A stretch of 64,000 nt of DNA from Lama guanicoe (GCA_013239625.1 MU053487.1:2191058-2255057), one strand, 5' to 3'; numbered from the stretch's first letter, positions 25,841 through 37,018 are shown. Translations and numbers: made by a program. Notes: generated by a model not told the origin, from the sequence alone.

Positions 25841-26470
25841 ATAGGGACGGAAAGCACCTGCTAAAGAACAGAAGCACGTGGCTATCTGGAAAGCACCCAC
25901 TGTCTCGCCACCGATGTAAATACCCAAGCTCCAGAGGACTCCGGCTGTAGCCAGCCTGAAATCAACACATCTGAACTAAACTGAACAACCGGCTTCATCC
26001 AAACCCTTCCTGGAAAGATACTCCGTAAACCGGGGCTATTATGGCTGGGAGATCTGCTCTTCCAACCTGCCCTGAGGTCCAAAGATGCTCCTTGAAAGGT
26101 GCCCTGGGCTAGCTCGTGGGTGTGGAGTTGGCTGTTAGGAAACATGCTCCACTATTTAGGGGGATCCCACAGTGAAAAGACAGGATGCCTGTCCTGAAGT
26201 CATGTGTGTGTGGTCCCTGGAGCTGACTGGTAAGCACTCACTTACAAACCATTTATCAAAAGTTACAAAGAGACACAGCAGGGAAGGCTACAAGTGTCCC
26301 TGGAGGGCCTCAGAGGTGCTTCCTTGAAGGTGATGACTATGCAGGGGCCAAGAGACAAGTAGAAGTTTGTCAGGCGTGAGGACCAGCAGGGAGAAAGCCA
26401 CCCTGGGCAGCTTGCTCTCATTACTTCCTCCAGATGGTGTGTTAGGTTAATAATTCACACATACAAATCA

Positions 26471-27050
26471 CGTACCCCTATGTTCATAACAGCACCATTC
26501 ACAATAGCCAAGACATGGAACCAACCTAAATGTCCATTGACAGAGGACTGGATTAAGAAGATGTGGTAAATTTATACAATGGAATACTACTCAGCCATTA
26601 AAGAATAAAATAATGCTATTTGCAGCAACATGGGTGGATCTGGAGATCATTATACTAAATGAAATAAGCCAGAAAGAGAAATAAAAATACCAAATAATAT
26701 CACTTAAATGTGGAATCTATAAAAGAAGACACAAATGAACCTATGTACAAAACAGAAACAGACACACAGACATATAAAACAAACATGACTACTAGTGGGT
26801 AGAGGGGGTGGGAAGGGATAAATTAGGAGTTTGAGACTTGCAAATATGAACTACTATATATAAAATAGATAAACCAGTTTATGCTATATAGTACAGGGAA
26901 CTATATTCAATATCTTGTAATAACCTCTAACGAAAAAGAATATGAAAAGGAATATGTGTATGTATATGTATGACTGAAACATTATGCTGTACACCAGAAA
27001 TTGACACAACATTGTAAACTGGCTATACTTTAGTAAAAAAGAATCCAAAA
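26471..27050 (+). mobile_element. L1 3' end (ORF2 C-terminus and 3'UTR)
   Basis: atgttcataacagcaccattcacaatagccaagacatggaaccaacctaaatgtcc...ctatactt. Confidence 0.9.
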
Positions 27051-28019
27051 AATAAATTCATAGAAAGAGGAAATAATATATTACATTTTTAATAACTTAA
27101 GGGCAAAAACTTTAATGGACACAAGATTTCACTCTAACCACCACAGATGTGTTTTTGGAACATTTTTGTCTGTGTGTCTGTGAGGCCTTGTGCCCTCTGC
27201 CCTCCACTTCCCCAAACTGCAGTTTCCATACTCCTCACATAATTACCTAGAGACCATTTAACTGGCACCGAGTCTGATCTCTCCTCGTAGAATTTTGAGC
27301 CTCTCTGTACAAAAAACAGAGTGGAAAGTTGATTGCTGGTGCTCTTAAAAACTGAAGGCAGGTAACTAATCTCACAGGCTCTGGGATGATGGCTTCAACT
27401 TCAGAACCATTCGCCATCTTCTCTAGTATTTTTCACAATGTATAGGAGACAAAGGTACACTCAATCGCGCAAAACGTTGCCAGAACCCTCTCACAACAGG
27501 ACAGAAGGAGCAGGCAAAGCAGAAAGGCTAACAAAGCCATTCAGAATAGTCTAATGAACACTAAGTAAATGTCCTGGAGAGAAAAAAAAAACACCACAAG
27601 ATGCAACACTTCCTCAGAAACTGGTTCAGGAGGGCTCAAGCCAGTTAGAAGAGGTGGGGTGGTGAATATGGCTGAACACAGCTCTGGCCTAAAGCTCTTC
27701 TGTTCCTCCCGTGGACCCGCGCAGTCCTCCCACTGGTCGGTGGCTCCATCAACTGCCCAATCCCCGCAACCAAGAGCCAGCCCTGACTCCTCCCCTCCAT
27801 CTCCAAGTCCTGGGGATCCCACTTCCTAAATGTCTCTCAAAGTGGGCACCTCCTCTCCATTCCCTGAACTACTTGCTGCTTGAACGTCCACCCTCAGCAT
27901 ATCGGACCTGAACCATCTCTGGCCTTCCCACACACCTGGACAAAGCGACGGCTCTAAAGCATCAAGTTGGTCAACTCTCTCCCCCCACACCAGCTAAACT
28001 CACCAGTGGGTTTCCACCT

Positions 28020-28793
28020 GTTTCTCAGATTCTGGGGGAATCCGCAGACATATTCTACAGGGTTCACAAATTCTCCAAAAATATTTTTTGTTTAACTTTG
28101 TGCTTTCACTTTAATGATTATCTCTTTTAAGATTATTAATAGATAATCAGGAAGGAGGGTATAGCTCAGTGGTAGAGCGTGTGCTTAGCATGCATGAGGT
28201 CCTGGGTTCAATCCCTAGTACCTCCATTAATTAAAAAAAAAGAAAGAAAGAAAATAAATAGAATCATATTCTGGACCATCCAAACCAACATATTGTGACC
28301 AAGTGAGGCCACATAATTCCACTGTCTGTATTCTTGCACTGGTGATGTCATTGGCAAAAAGAAATATTACTATTATTTTAATTATCACAGGTTAAAGAGA
28401 AAGCAACAAATCAGACTTAATAAACACAAAGGAAACTGAGGGGGGAATTAAGCCATCATCCAACTTATGTGTTGTGGCACACAGCATTCCAAACATTATT
28501 TTTTAGACCCAGAAACAATGATCTAGTTTTAGCAAAAATGACTTTATCCATCACGTTAAATTCATGCAGTTAATCTGAATTTACTCGATTTGTAGCTGTG
28601 TTGATATTTTATTTGTATATTTGTTTTGGTTTTACGGTCATAGGAGAGCTCTAAATATAAAGAGTTTAGACATATTTAGGGCTATTCCATATTTGAATTG
28701 CACCATAATAAAAATAATTCAGGCCACCACTAGACTCTATAAGACTTTTCTTCCTTGAAAGAAATTCACGTTACTTCCATTTGAAAAGCTCTG
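28020..28793 (+). mobile_element. Probable old hAT-Charlie-type DNA transposon remnant, interrupted by a SINE
   Basis: AT-rich segment with ccatcacgttaa, resembling a Charlie transposase C-terminus, ending ttgaaaagctctg. Confidence 0.4.
28150..28260 (+). mobile_element. tRNA-Ala-derived SINE (Vic-1-like), short form, well preserved
   Basis: gagggtatagctcagtggtagagcgtgtgcttagcatgcatgaggtcctgggttcaatccctagtacctcca plus an A-rich tail. Confidence 0.92.
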
Positions 28794-28839
28794 GCCTTCA
28801 GAATGAGGCTTAAGCTACATAACAAGGTATATGTGGGAG

Positions 28840-29197
28840 AGACAGTGATAGTGATGTTCTCTAAACTTCCCATCCACGTGTGCTGCATCGCTTCCCCAGC
28901 CCCCTCACTACTGGTTCTGGCCAATGGTCTGTGGCATAACAATGCATCCATCCCAGACTGAAGCACAGAAAAGCCAGAGATCAGCTCTCCCACGATCTCC
29001 TACTGCACTGGTGACTCCATAAACCAATTTTTCCAAATGGTGTGTCTGTAAGATGAGAAAGCTCTGTCAACATGGTCCTCCACTGACCTATGAAGGACAC
29101 ACAGTATGAGTGAGAAGTGGCTGTGGTTGGGTTAAGCTACTGAATGAAGAAGTTGATTTGTTACTGCAGCAGAGCTTAGCCTATCCTGACTAATACA
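28840..29197 (+). mobile_element. MLT1-type MaLR LTR
   Basis: Ends ttgttactgcagcagagcttagcctatcctgactaataca. Confidence 0.7.
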
Positions 29198-29899
29198 TCT
29201 TCACGAACGGAGATCTACTTCCCTGAACCAAGCTCTTCCCATCATATTCTGTGCTCCAAACAATTCTTAGTTCAGTGACCTGAACACACCAGGCTGTTGC
29301 ATGACACCTTATCTTTGCACATGCTGTTCCTTAATCCTAGAAGGCTGTTCTTTATACTCTTCTGCCCTGCTCTCCAGCCTATCACTGTGATTCATCCTTC
29401 AAAACCCAGTTCAGATATAATTACCACCAGGACATTCTCCTCCCTTTTCCAACCCTCTTATCCCCATAGCCATTACCCACGAACTCTACAGAGTGCTTAT
29501 CTTAACACGTAATAATTACAGGTATGCATGCCTGTCCCCACCCCATCCCCATCTACACCGTGGCAGGGTCAATGGCTTATTTATCTCCACACTGTCAAGA
29601 CCAGCATGCAGGAGAAGTAGGCAGCGTTGGGCTATTTGGCCAGGAACAGCTTCCTCCAGGGGACTGGTCCTAAGGCACTTGAAGGAAGCTGAGTTAAATC
29701 CATCACCTCCCCTTCTTCCAGAGTAAACATCTTATCCAACAGCAGCAAGCCCAGCAAGTTTCAGCTCTCTCTGCCCCAGTCCCAGGCCAGACCTGCCTAG
29801 GAAGCCTGAACCATCCCTATCCTCTCCCCAAACAGTGCTCTTCAGCCCCCATGAAGGACGCAGACTTTACCTGGAGAGGCAGCGGTCCACACTTAAGAA

Positions 29900-30018
29900 C
29901 TGAAAAGTTAGTGAGAAAAGCAGAATCTCAGGCTCCACCCAGACTTCTGAGTCAGAATCCGCATTTTAGAAAGGCGCCCCAGGTGATTCATATGCCCAAT
30001 AATCTTTGAGAAGCACTG
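29900..30018 (-). mobile_element. MER5A1-like MITE fragment
   Basis: gcagaatctcaggctccacccagacttctgagtcagaatc...ccaggtgattcatatg...tttgagaagcactg. Confidence 0.7.
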
Positions 30019-30069
30019 GCCCAAGACGCCCAAACAGAATCTCTTCATCCTGAAAGGTAACTTTAATAA

Positions 30070-30280
30070 CAACACTTTGTATTTGTAATCATGTCTGCAA
30101 AGAGCTTTCCATCACTCAGTCCTCAGAACAATTCTATCATGTCCACTTTATCAATGAGGAGATTGAGGCTCAGGCTGGTTGGTCACCTTGACCACAATCA
30201 TAGGGCTTTGAAGAGTCAGAGCCAGGATTTGAAGGCAGTTCCGCTGGACTCAAGAGTTCTAACCCACATCACCACACACT
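30070..30280 (-). mobile_element. MIR SINE
   Basis: atcctcagaacaattct...atgaggagattgaggctcag...gagccaggatttgaa. Confidence 0.65.
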
Positions 30281-31544
30281 ACACAGCACCCTGCCATATG
30301 CTAAGTTCTGTGGACCCTTAGCCTTCAAGACCAGCTCTGGAGACCTCCATGCCCCATCACACAGCCACCGAACCAGTATTTTCTCTCTGTTCCATCACTT
30401 ACTTCCGACACCACCACCCCTCCACATACGCCACTGTCCCCAAGACACTGCCAGATCTCCCTGGGAAGGATTTTATGGACTTGCTCAATAATCATTTCAT
30501 GAGTCAATGAAAATGTTTCCCTCTTGATCATCAAACAACTCTCTGAGGATGGCTGAATACTTATGGTTAAGTAAATAAAGGGGAAGACACTGAGGTTCCC
30601 AGAGAAGTTCAATAACTTGCTCCAGGTCACCAGGGAGCCTCAGACGTCTGGGAGAGGAACAGAACTCTGACTCCCAGGACAGATGTCCTCTGCTCCACCC
30701 TTCCATTCTCCCTCTTTTGACCTACATTACCAGACAGTTAAAAATATCCTTTCCAAAGAACTCCCCCGCATACTCATCTTCAAAAGGGGCTCTGTTTTAC
30801 CACCAGATGGGACAAATTTAGACAGAAACATGAGGTCACCAAAGGAAACGGTGAGGAACTCTGGGTATCAGATACAATGGCCCCCCGGATACAAGAAAAG
30901 GAAACATCATCAGGCAAGAGCCTCCGACTAACGCAGCCCATCCAAGCCCCTCACAATGACCCCCCTGTCAGGGCAGAGGCCCCCTGGGAGGTCAGGCTGG
31001 CAGAGACGGTCCCCACCTTCCCTGGCCCAGTAGTACCTGTGGTATTGTGGTTCCACTGGCCAAGAAAGCCCTTTCCTTCACTTTACTGGCTTTAGAGAGA
31101 GGCTAAGACATTTAACCAACTCCACACGTAACCAGAGAAAAGCAACACATCTGCCTGCAATATTTGAATACTTCGGAAGACATGAGAGGGAAATTTCCCC
31201 TGAACTGGTTAAAAGAGGGATGAGAGAAGCCAAGAGTAAGATCTTGGGACAATGTAGCAACTCTTCACTTTGTTTTATTTTTCTGAGTCCTACGCCCATG
31301 CACCATGCCACCCGTTCAGCACAGTGTGCACTGCCGGAGGCACCCAGATGGGACTGATGGACACTGAACCCCTGCTTGCTAAGCCTGTGCCTGGGCACGG
31401 GACTCCATCTGCCAGGAGGCACCTTGTGTGAATTCACACCAAGGCTCTCTGCAGGCTCGCACAGGCAGCCTGGTACCAATGGTACAGCCCTTCTTGGATA
31501 TCATGGGAGGAAAGAAATGTTGAGCGTGAGAAAGGGTTGGTGTG

Positions 31545-32000
31545 TTTGTTGGGTCCCCAAGAATCAGACCCTAAGAAAGGAATTCCTAGGGAAGTGTTTT
31601 ATTAGGAAGTATTCCCAGGAAAAAACTGCCTGCTGAGTGAAGTCGTCAGGCCAAAAAGAGAAGCAAGCCCAGCAAAGACCCACGGAAGCCAGTGTGACAC
31701 CACTCCACAGTGCATTTCTGGAGACAAAATGTGTCCCAGTCAAGGACAAGGGAGCGGGACGATTTACATGCTGGCATCAATCAACCACTGGTTAGGGGCT
31801 GCCCCCAGGGAGATGGCAACTTCCAGACACTCCCTGTTCTCAGCTCCTACAGACCAAGCCGACTCCAGCAGGCCCAGGGTCCTCCTCCAACAGACAGGAG
31901 GCGCTGGCAGTCGGGAGTGAAAGCACCCAGGGCACCAGTGTGCACGAAGAGGGCAAAGACCTCCGAGGGGACACGGTATAGCACTGAAGCACCTGTGACA
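31545..32000 (-). mobile_element. LTR16-like ERVL LTR
   Basis: gggtccccaagaatcagaccctaagaaagga...tttattaggaagtattcccagg...caaccactggttaggggctgccccc...cacctgtgaca. Confidence 0.55.
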
Positions 32001-32271
32001 GTCCGGAGTCCAGTAGTCCTTTCTCCCAAAAGCCTGGTCATGATAACGCTGACTCTGCCTCCCACATTCTGAGACCTCACGGGGTTTTCATGCAGGGACT
32101 CTTTCCCTTCTCACATTTTTTTTAGCTTATCATAAAAGTACACAGTTCAAAGCCCTTTCAGACCTTGATGGAATGAGTTACAGAGCATCTTTCAGAAACC
32201 ATGTTTAGCCTCTCTGTTTTCTCCAGTGAAGCATTTGTTGGCACCACCCAAAGCAATCTAATGTTCAATTG

Positions 32272-32418
32272 TTTTGTTTTGTTTTTTGGGGGGAAAGGTA
32301 ATTAGGTTTATTCATCTGTTTATTTATTTAGTATTTTTTCAGTGGAGGTGCTGGGGATTGAACCCACAACCTTGCGCATGCTAAGTATGCACTCTACCAC
32401 TGAGCTATACCTCCCCAC
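32272..32418 (-). mobile_element. tRNA-Ala-derived SINE (Vic-1-like), long form
   Basis: Plus strand reads ggtaattaggtttat...tggaggtgctggggattgaaccc...gcatgctaag...taccactgagctatacctcccc. Confidence 0.9.
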
Positions 32419-32750
32419 CTAATATAAAATTGAAATGCTTTTCTGAAGTTGGGCTGCCAGGCAAACACAACATTCTTTTCCTCTTTTTTTTTTTTTTTTT
32501 ATGCCTCCTGGGGTCCCAGCTTCTTGTTACCTTGTCCCTTAGGGATGAGCACAATGCTTGGCCACTATTCCAGATGCCGCATTCATTGTGCTGGTGATTG
32601 GTAGCTCAATACTAGCCCAATTGACTACCTCTGTAAGCAGTGACTAACTTGACAGCTCCTAACACAATCATCAAGGCACCTAATGCCAAGACAATCAGAA
32701 AGGTAGGACCCAGCTTCAACCTGACAGTTGTTATTTTGGACAATACATCA

Positions 32751-32787
32751 AGGGGAGGAGAGGGGAGGGGAGGAGAGGGGAGGGGCT
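32751..32787 (+). repeat. (GGGGA)n purine repeat running into the gap 32788-32827
   Basis: aggggaggagaggggaggggaggagaggggagggg. Confidence 0.85.
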
Positions 32788-33199
32788 NNNNNNNNNNNNN
32801 NNNNNNNNNNNNNNNNNNNNNNNNNNNAAGAGAGGGAACGAAGACGGAGAGGGGTAAGATGGAGGGATGACTAACTGTTGGGGATAAATCACAACTGAGT
32901 TCTCTCCTCAACTTCTCATCCTCCCCTCCCAGCAGGTGGCTACTCAGAAAAGGTGTCCCCAGATGCCTCCACCCAGCACTGGGACAGTCTCCTCCCCACC
33001 TCACAGCACCTCGCCCCCAGAGCCAGAAACGGAAAGCACTGTAAGTGAAATCCTAGTTGGCGGGATAGTTTACAAACTCTTTTTTTTTTTTCTGTTCATT
33101 CCCAAATGTTTTAGCCTTTTTCCCGATAGTCTTTAGTTCTTTTATGTGTTTCTTTATCTAGTTCTAAGGACAGTTTCCTTTCCTTTAGCTGGGTCAGAG

Positions 33200-33400
33200 A
33201 GCTGTGGACACCTGGGTTCAAATCCCAGCTTCACCGGTATCAAGCCATGGGACCTTGGGCAAGCCACGAGTTCTGGGACCTCTGTTTTCTCATCTGATAA
33301 ATGGGGATAACTCAACCTTCCTGACAGGTCTGTAGACAGGATGAAATGAGGTCAACTCTAGGCAAAGCACCTGAAACGTTGACATCCTCAATAAATGACG
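33200..33400 (+). mobile_element. MIR SINE
   Basis: cctgggttcaaatcccagct...gaccttgggcaag...ttctcatctgataaatggggataa. Confidence 0.8.
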
Positions 33401-34260
33401 GCTGCCTCGCGGGCGCTTTCCCTCTCCCGAAGCCCCACTGCATTTGGCAGGACGCCCACGTGTTTCCCAGGCAGGCCCGGGAGGTCAGTGAGGGAGAGGA
33501 ACCCAGCTCCGGACAGCGTTAACCCCGCATTTCAGGTGGTGTGAACGCACACGCGCGCACGAGCGCGCGCGCGCGCACACACACACACACCGCGCTCCGG
33601 GCACCCCCGCGGGACTGGCACTGTGCATCCCACCGCGCACCCAGCGCTGGCCGGGCGACAGAACGGCTTCCCACCCCATCCCGCCCCCAGACCCCCGACC
33701 CCGGCGGCAGCCGGGACNNNNNNNNNNNNNNNNNNNNNNNNNNNNNNNNNNNNNNNNNNNNNNNNNNNNCTGGACGCCGGGCGCCAGGCGGGAGCGCGGG
33801 GCCGCAGCTCGACGGCGGGGCGGGCGCGGCGCGAACGGCGACGATTCCGCGCCGCCCTCTCTCCTTGTCCCCTCCCGCCGCCCGCCCCGTGCCGCGCCCA
33901 GCGACAGCCACCGGGAACGTCTCCGGGGGCGCCCGGCTTAGCAACCGCGCGCCCGCCGCCGCCGCCTCTCTCCCCACGCCCGCCCCGCCGTGCGCTCTGC
34001 GCTGGGCCCTGCGGGCGGGGCGGGCTTTAAACTTGAGCCCACACCCTCTTCTTGGACACTGAGCGCCCGAGGTGGCCCTCGGGAACCCCTCTGCAGCCTC
34101 GCCTCTCCCCGACCCACCGGGTCCAGCCTTTCAGCGCTGCTTCCCCGCCTGGCGCGCCGTGGAGCCAGGCGCGGTCGGGCTTTGAACCTGCGCCTCGCCC
34201 ACGTCCTCTGTGGGTGGCTGACCAAAGGCGTCCCAGGGACCTCAGCAATCCTCGCGGTTC
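33400..34260 (-). promoter_or_regulatory. DCLK3: CpG island: probable DCLK3 promoter and exon 1 (coding part probably in the N gap 33718-33769)
   Basis: Very CpG- and GC-dense segment with GC boxes (GGGCGG) and TTTAAA near 34026, about 23.5 kb upstream of the DCLK3 exon that begins in phase 1 with no ATG before its DCX domain. Confidence 0.8.
33545..33590. repeat. (GC)n/(AC)n alternating purine-pyrimidine tract
   Basis: acgcacacgcgcgcacgagcgcgcgcgcgcgcacacacacacacac. Confidence 0.9.
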
Positions 34261-34589
34261 CTGGCAGTTCAGAAATGAGACATCCCGCACCGCTCTATTC
34301 CTCCTACCCGATTCCCACTACTCTCATGCACTGACTCAGGGTCTCGCAGATGCCCTGTATCCTATTTGCTGTCCCCCTCAGCCCAGATTCAGAGACCTGA
34401 TCACACTCTGTTCATACCTGTGACCTCAAATACAAACATCCCTCCAGCCTCGTGTCTTCCTGGTGATACCTAAACGCTGCTCCATGCCCTTTGCATTGTT
34501 ACACACTTTCCAAGCACACCACACGCCTAATCCTTGTACTTGCAGACCTCCCCCACTCCATGTCTGCAGTCACAATCCCATATTCTCAC

Positions 34590-35072
34590 ATAGTGGCCCC
34601 CCAAACCGTGTCTCTTTGGAATATTATTTTAAGCTGGTTATTTTCTAAGAAGCTGCAGACATGGAAAAAACTCTGAAAGCAAGTAGGAGTTACCCTTTCG
34701 TAAGAATCATTTACATTTGTAAAAGAAATCTCCGTTTATTAGGTATCTCCCTGGCAGTACCTGAAAGAGAAGGACCAAATCGCTAGAAATTCTTATCAAA
34801 GGAGAAGGCAACCACAAGTCTGCATCACAAACCTACCCTTGTTTACTGTGCTTTTCCTGGTAACCTCAACACCCTCTTTGTCTTTAGCTGAGGATGACAT
34901 TTAAGGTGAGGGCTTCAGCCATTTGGAACGTTACTGTTTCTCTGGGTCTCTCTCATGCATTCATGTTATTAAACTTGTTTTATTTACTCCTGTTAATCTC
35001 CTCGTGTCAATTTAATTCTCAGACCAGCCAGAGGAACGTGAAGGACTGAGGAAAGTTTCTTCCTCCCTGTCA
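34590..35072 (+). mobile_element. MER34-like ERV1 solo LTR
   Basis: ccccaaa...ctctttgg...attattttaagctggttatttt...ctgcagac...catgttattaaactt...tgttaatct...ttcctccctgtca. Confidence 0.7.
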
Positions 35073-35264
35073 CCCACCTCTCCACGGTGGCCACTGACAA
35101 GTTTACAGGAGGGGTCTTTATTTTGCCTTGATCCATCAGGTCACAAGGTGGCCCTGTCTGATGGTGGTGGTCTGTGAAATTTTTCATGTCCAGCAGAACA
35201 CCAAGGCTGAGCTTATAGCACCAGGCCTGCTCCCAGATGTCAGGGTCTGTCTTTCTCTTTCTCA
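35073..35264 (-). mobile_element. ERVL-type LTR 5' fragment (same group as 6476-6987)
   Basis: cttgatccatcaggtcac...tctgatggtgg...ccaggcc...gtcagggtctgtctttctctttctca aligns by eye with 6847-6987. Confidence 0.6.
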
Positions 35265-35539
35265 TACATAACGAGAAGTTTAGAAGAAAGCTGTCTGGCT
35301 TCTCAGGGGTGGCCTTAGGACCAGATCTTTTTCCAGCCTTCCACATGGCCACCTTTAACATATTGCCTTTTCTCCTCAAACTCAGAGACTATTGCCTCAG
35401 GGTCACAAAATGGCTACAACAGCCTCATGAAGCCATTGTGTAAAAAGGAACTTCTGCTTCCAGCTGGTTTAATGGTCAGACAACCCAAAGACCACCAAGG
35501 ACCGTTTTCAGCAATCCAGTTCACCAATAGTGAGCAAAA

Positions 35540-35740
35540 TCACAAACCACCTGCCTCCAAGTCACTCCCCTTGTATAAGCAAGCAAGCAAGCATAGTGAT
35601 AAATGGTGCAGAGAAAATGAAGCAAGCAGAGGGGTGTGGGGAGTGGGGACTGCTGTTATTTTAAGTTGGGTAGTCAGGAAAGGCCTTGCTGACAAGGTGA
35701 CATTTGAGCAAAAGCCTGAGGGAAGAAACTACCTGGAAAT
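35540..35740 (-). mobile_element. L2 fragment
   Basis: gtcaggaaaggccttgctgacaaggtgacatttgagcaaaagcctga. Confidence 0.6.
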
Positions 35741-35841
35741 TTCTCTTGGAGGTTAGGTACCCCTCAGCTACTTAAATATTTCCTTTTTAGAAGCCTTTGT
35801 AGCCATTCTTCCTGGCCCTATCCTGTAGAAGCAAACAACAG

Positions 35842-37018
35842 GTTTTTTTGTTTGTTTGTTTGTTTGTTTTTTAGTTTCCTACTTTATTTTTTTTACATTT
35901 TTATTGATTCATAATCATTTTACAGTGTTGTGTCAAATTCCAGTGTTCAGCACAATTTTTCAGTCATTCATGGACATATACACACTCATTGTCACATTTT
36001 TTTCTCTGTGATTTATCATAACATTTTGTGTATATTTCCCTGTGCTATACAGTGTAATCTTGTTTATCTATTCTACAATTTTGAAATCCCAGTCTATCCC
36101 TTCCCACCCTCTACCCCCNNNNNNNNNNNNNNNNNNNNNNNNNNNNNNNNNNNNNNNNNNNNNNNNNNNNNNNNNNNNNNNNNNNNNNNNNNNNNNNNNN
36201 NNNNNNNNNNNNNNNNNNNNNNNNNNNNNNNNNNNNNNNNNNNNNNNNNNNNNNNNNNNNNNNNNNNNNNNNNNNNNNNNNNNNNNNNNNNNNNNNNNNN
36301 NNNNNNNNNNNNNNNNNNNNNNNNNNNNNNNNNNNNNNNNNNNNNNNNNNNNNNNNNNNNNNNNNNNNNNNNNNNNNNNNNNNNNNNNNNNNNNNNNNNN
36401 NNNNNNNNNNNNNNNNNNNNNNNNNNNNNNNNNNNNNNNNNNNNNNNNNNNNNNNNNNNNNNNNNNNNNNNNNNNNNNNNNNNNNNNNNNNNNNNNNNNN
36501 NNNNNNNNNNNNNNNNNNNNNNNNNNNNNNNNNNNNNNNNNNNNNNNNNNNNNNNNNNNNNNNNNNNNNNNNNNNNNNNNNNNNNNNNNNNNNNNNNNNN
36601 NNNNNNNNNNNNNNNNNNNNNNNNNNNNNNNNNNGTTTCACTTGCAAAAATTTTCTCCCATTCCGTAGGTTTTCTTCTTGTTTTATTTCTGGTTTCCTTT
36701 GCTCTGCAGAAGCTTGTAAGTTTCATTAGGTCCCATTTGTTTATTCTTGCTTTTATTTCTTCTAGGAGAAAATTTTTGAAATGTATGTCAGATAATGTTT
36801 TGCCTATGTTTTCCTCTAGGAGGTTTATTGTATCTTGTCTTATGTTTAAGTCTTTAATCCATTTTGAGTTGATTTTTGTATATGGTGTAAGGGTGTGTTC
36901 TAGCTTCATTGTTTTACATGCTGCTGTCCAGTTTTCCCAACACCATTTGCTGAAGAGACTGTCTTTATTCCATTGTATATTCTTGCCTCCTTTGTCGAAG
37001 ATGAGTTAACCAAAAGTT
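35842..37018 (-). mobile_element. Young 5'-truncated LINE-1, same family as 2370-4665, with gap 36119-36634
   Basis: ORF2 peptide [35 protein letters not shown]...WEKIFASE, nearly identical to 3423-3725. TSD caaacaacag at 35832-35841 and 37020-37029. Confidence 0.95.
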
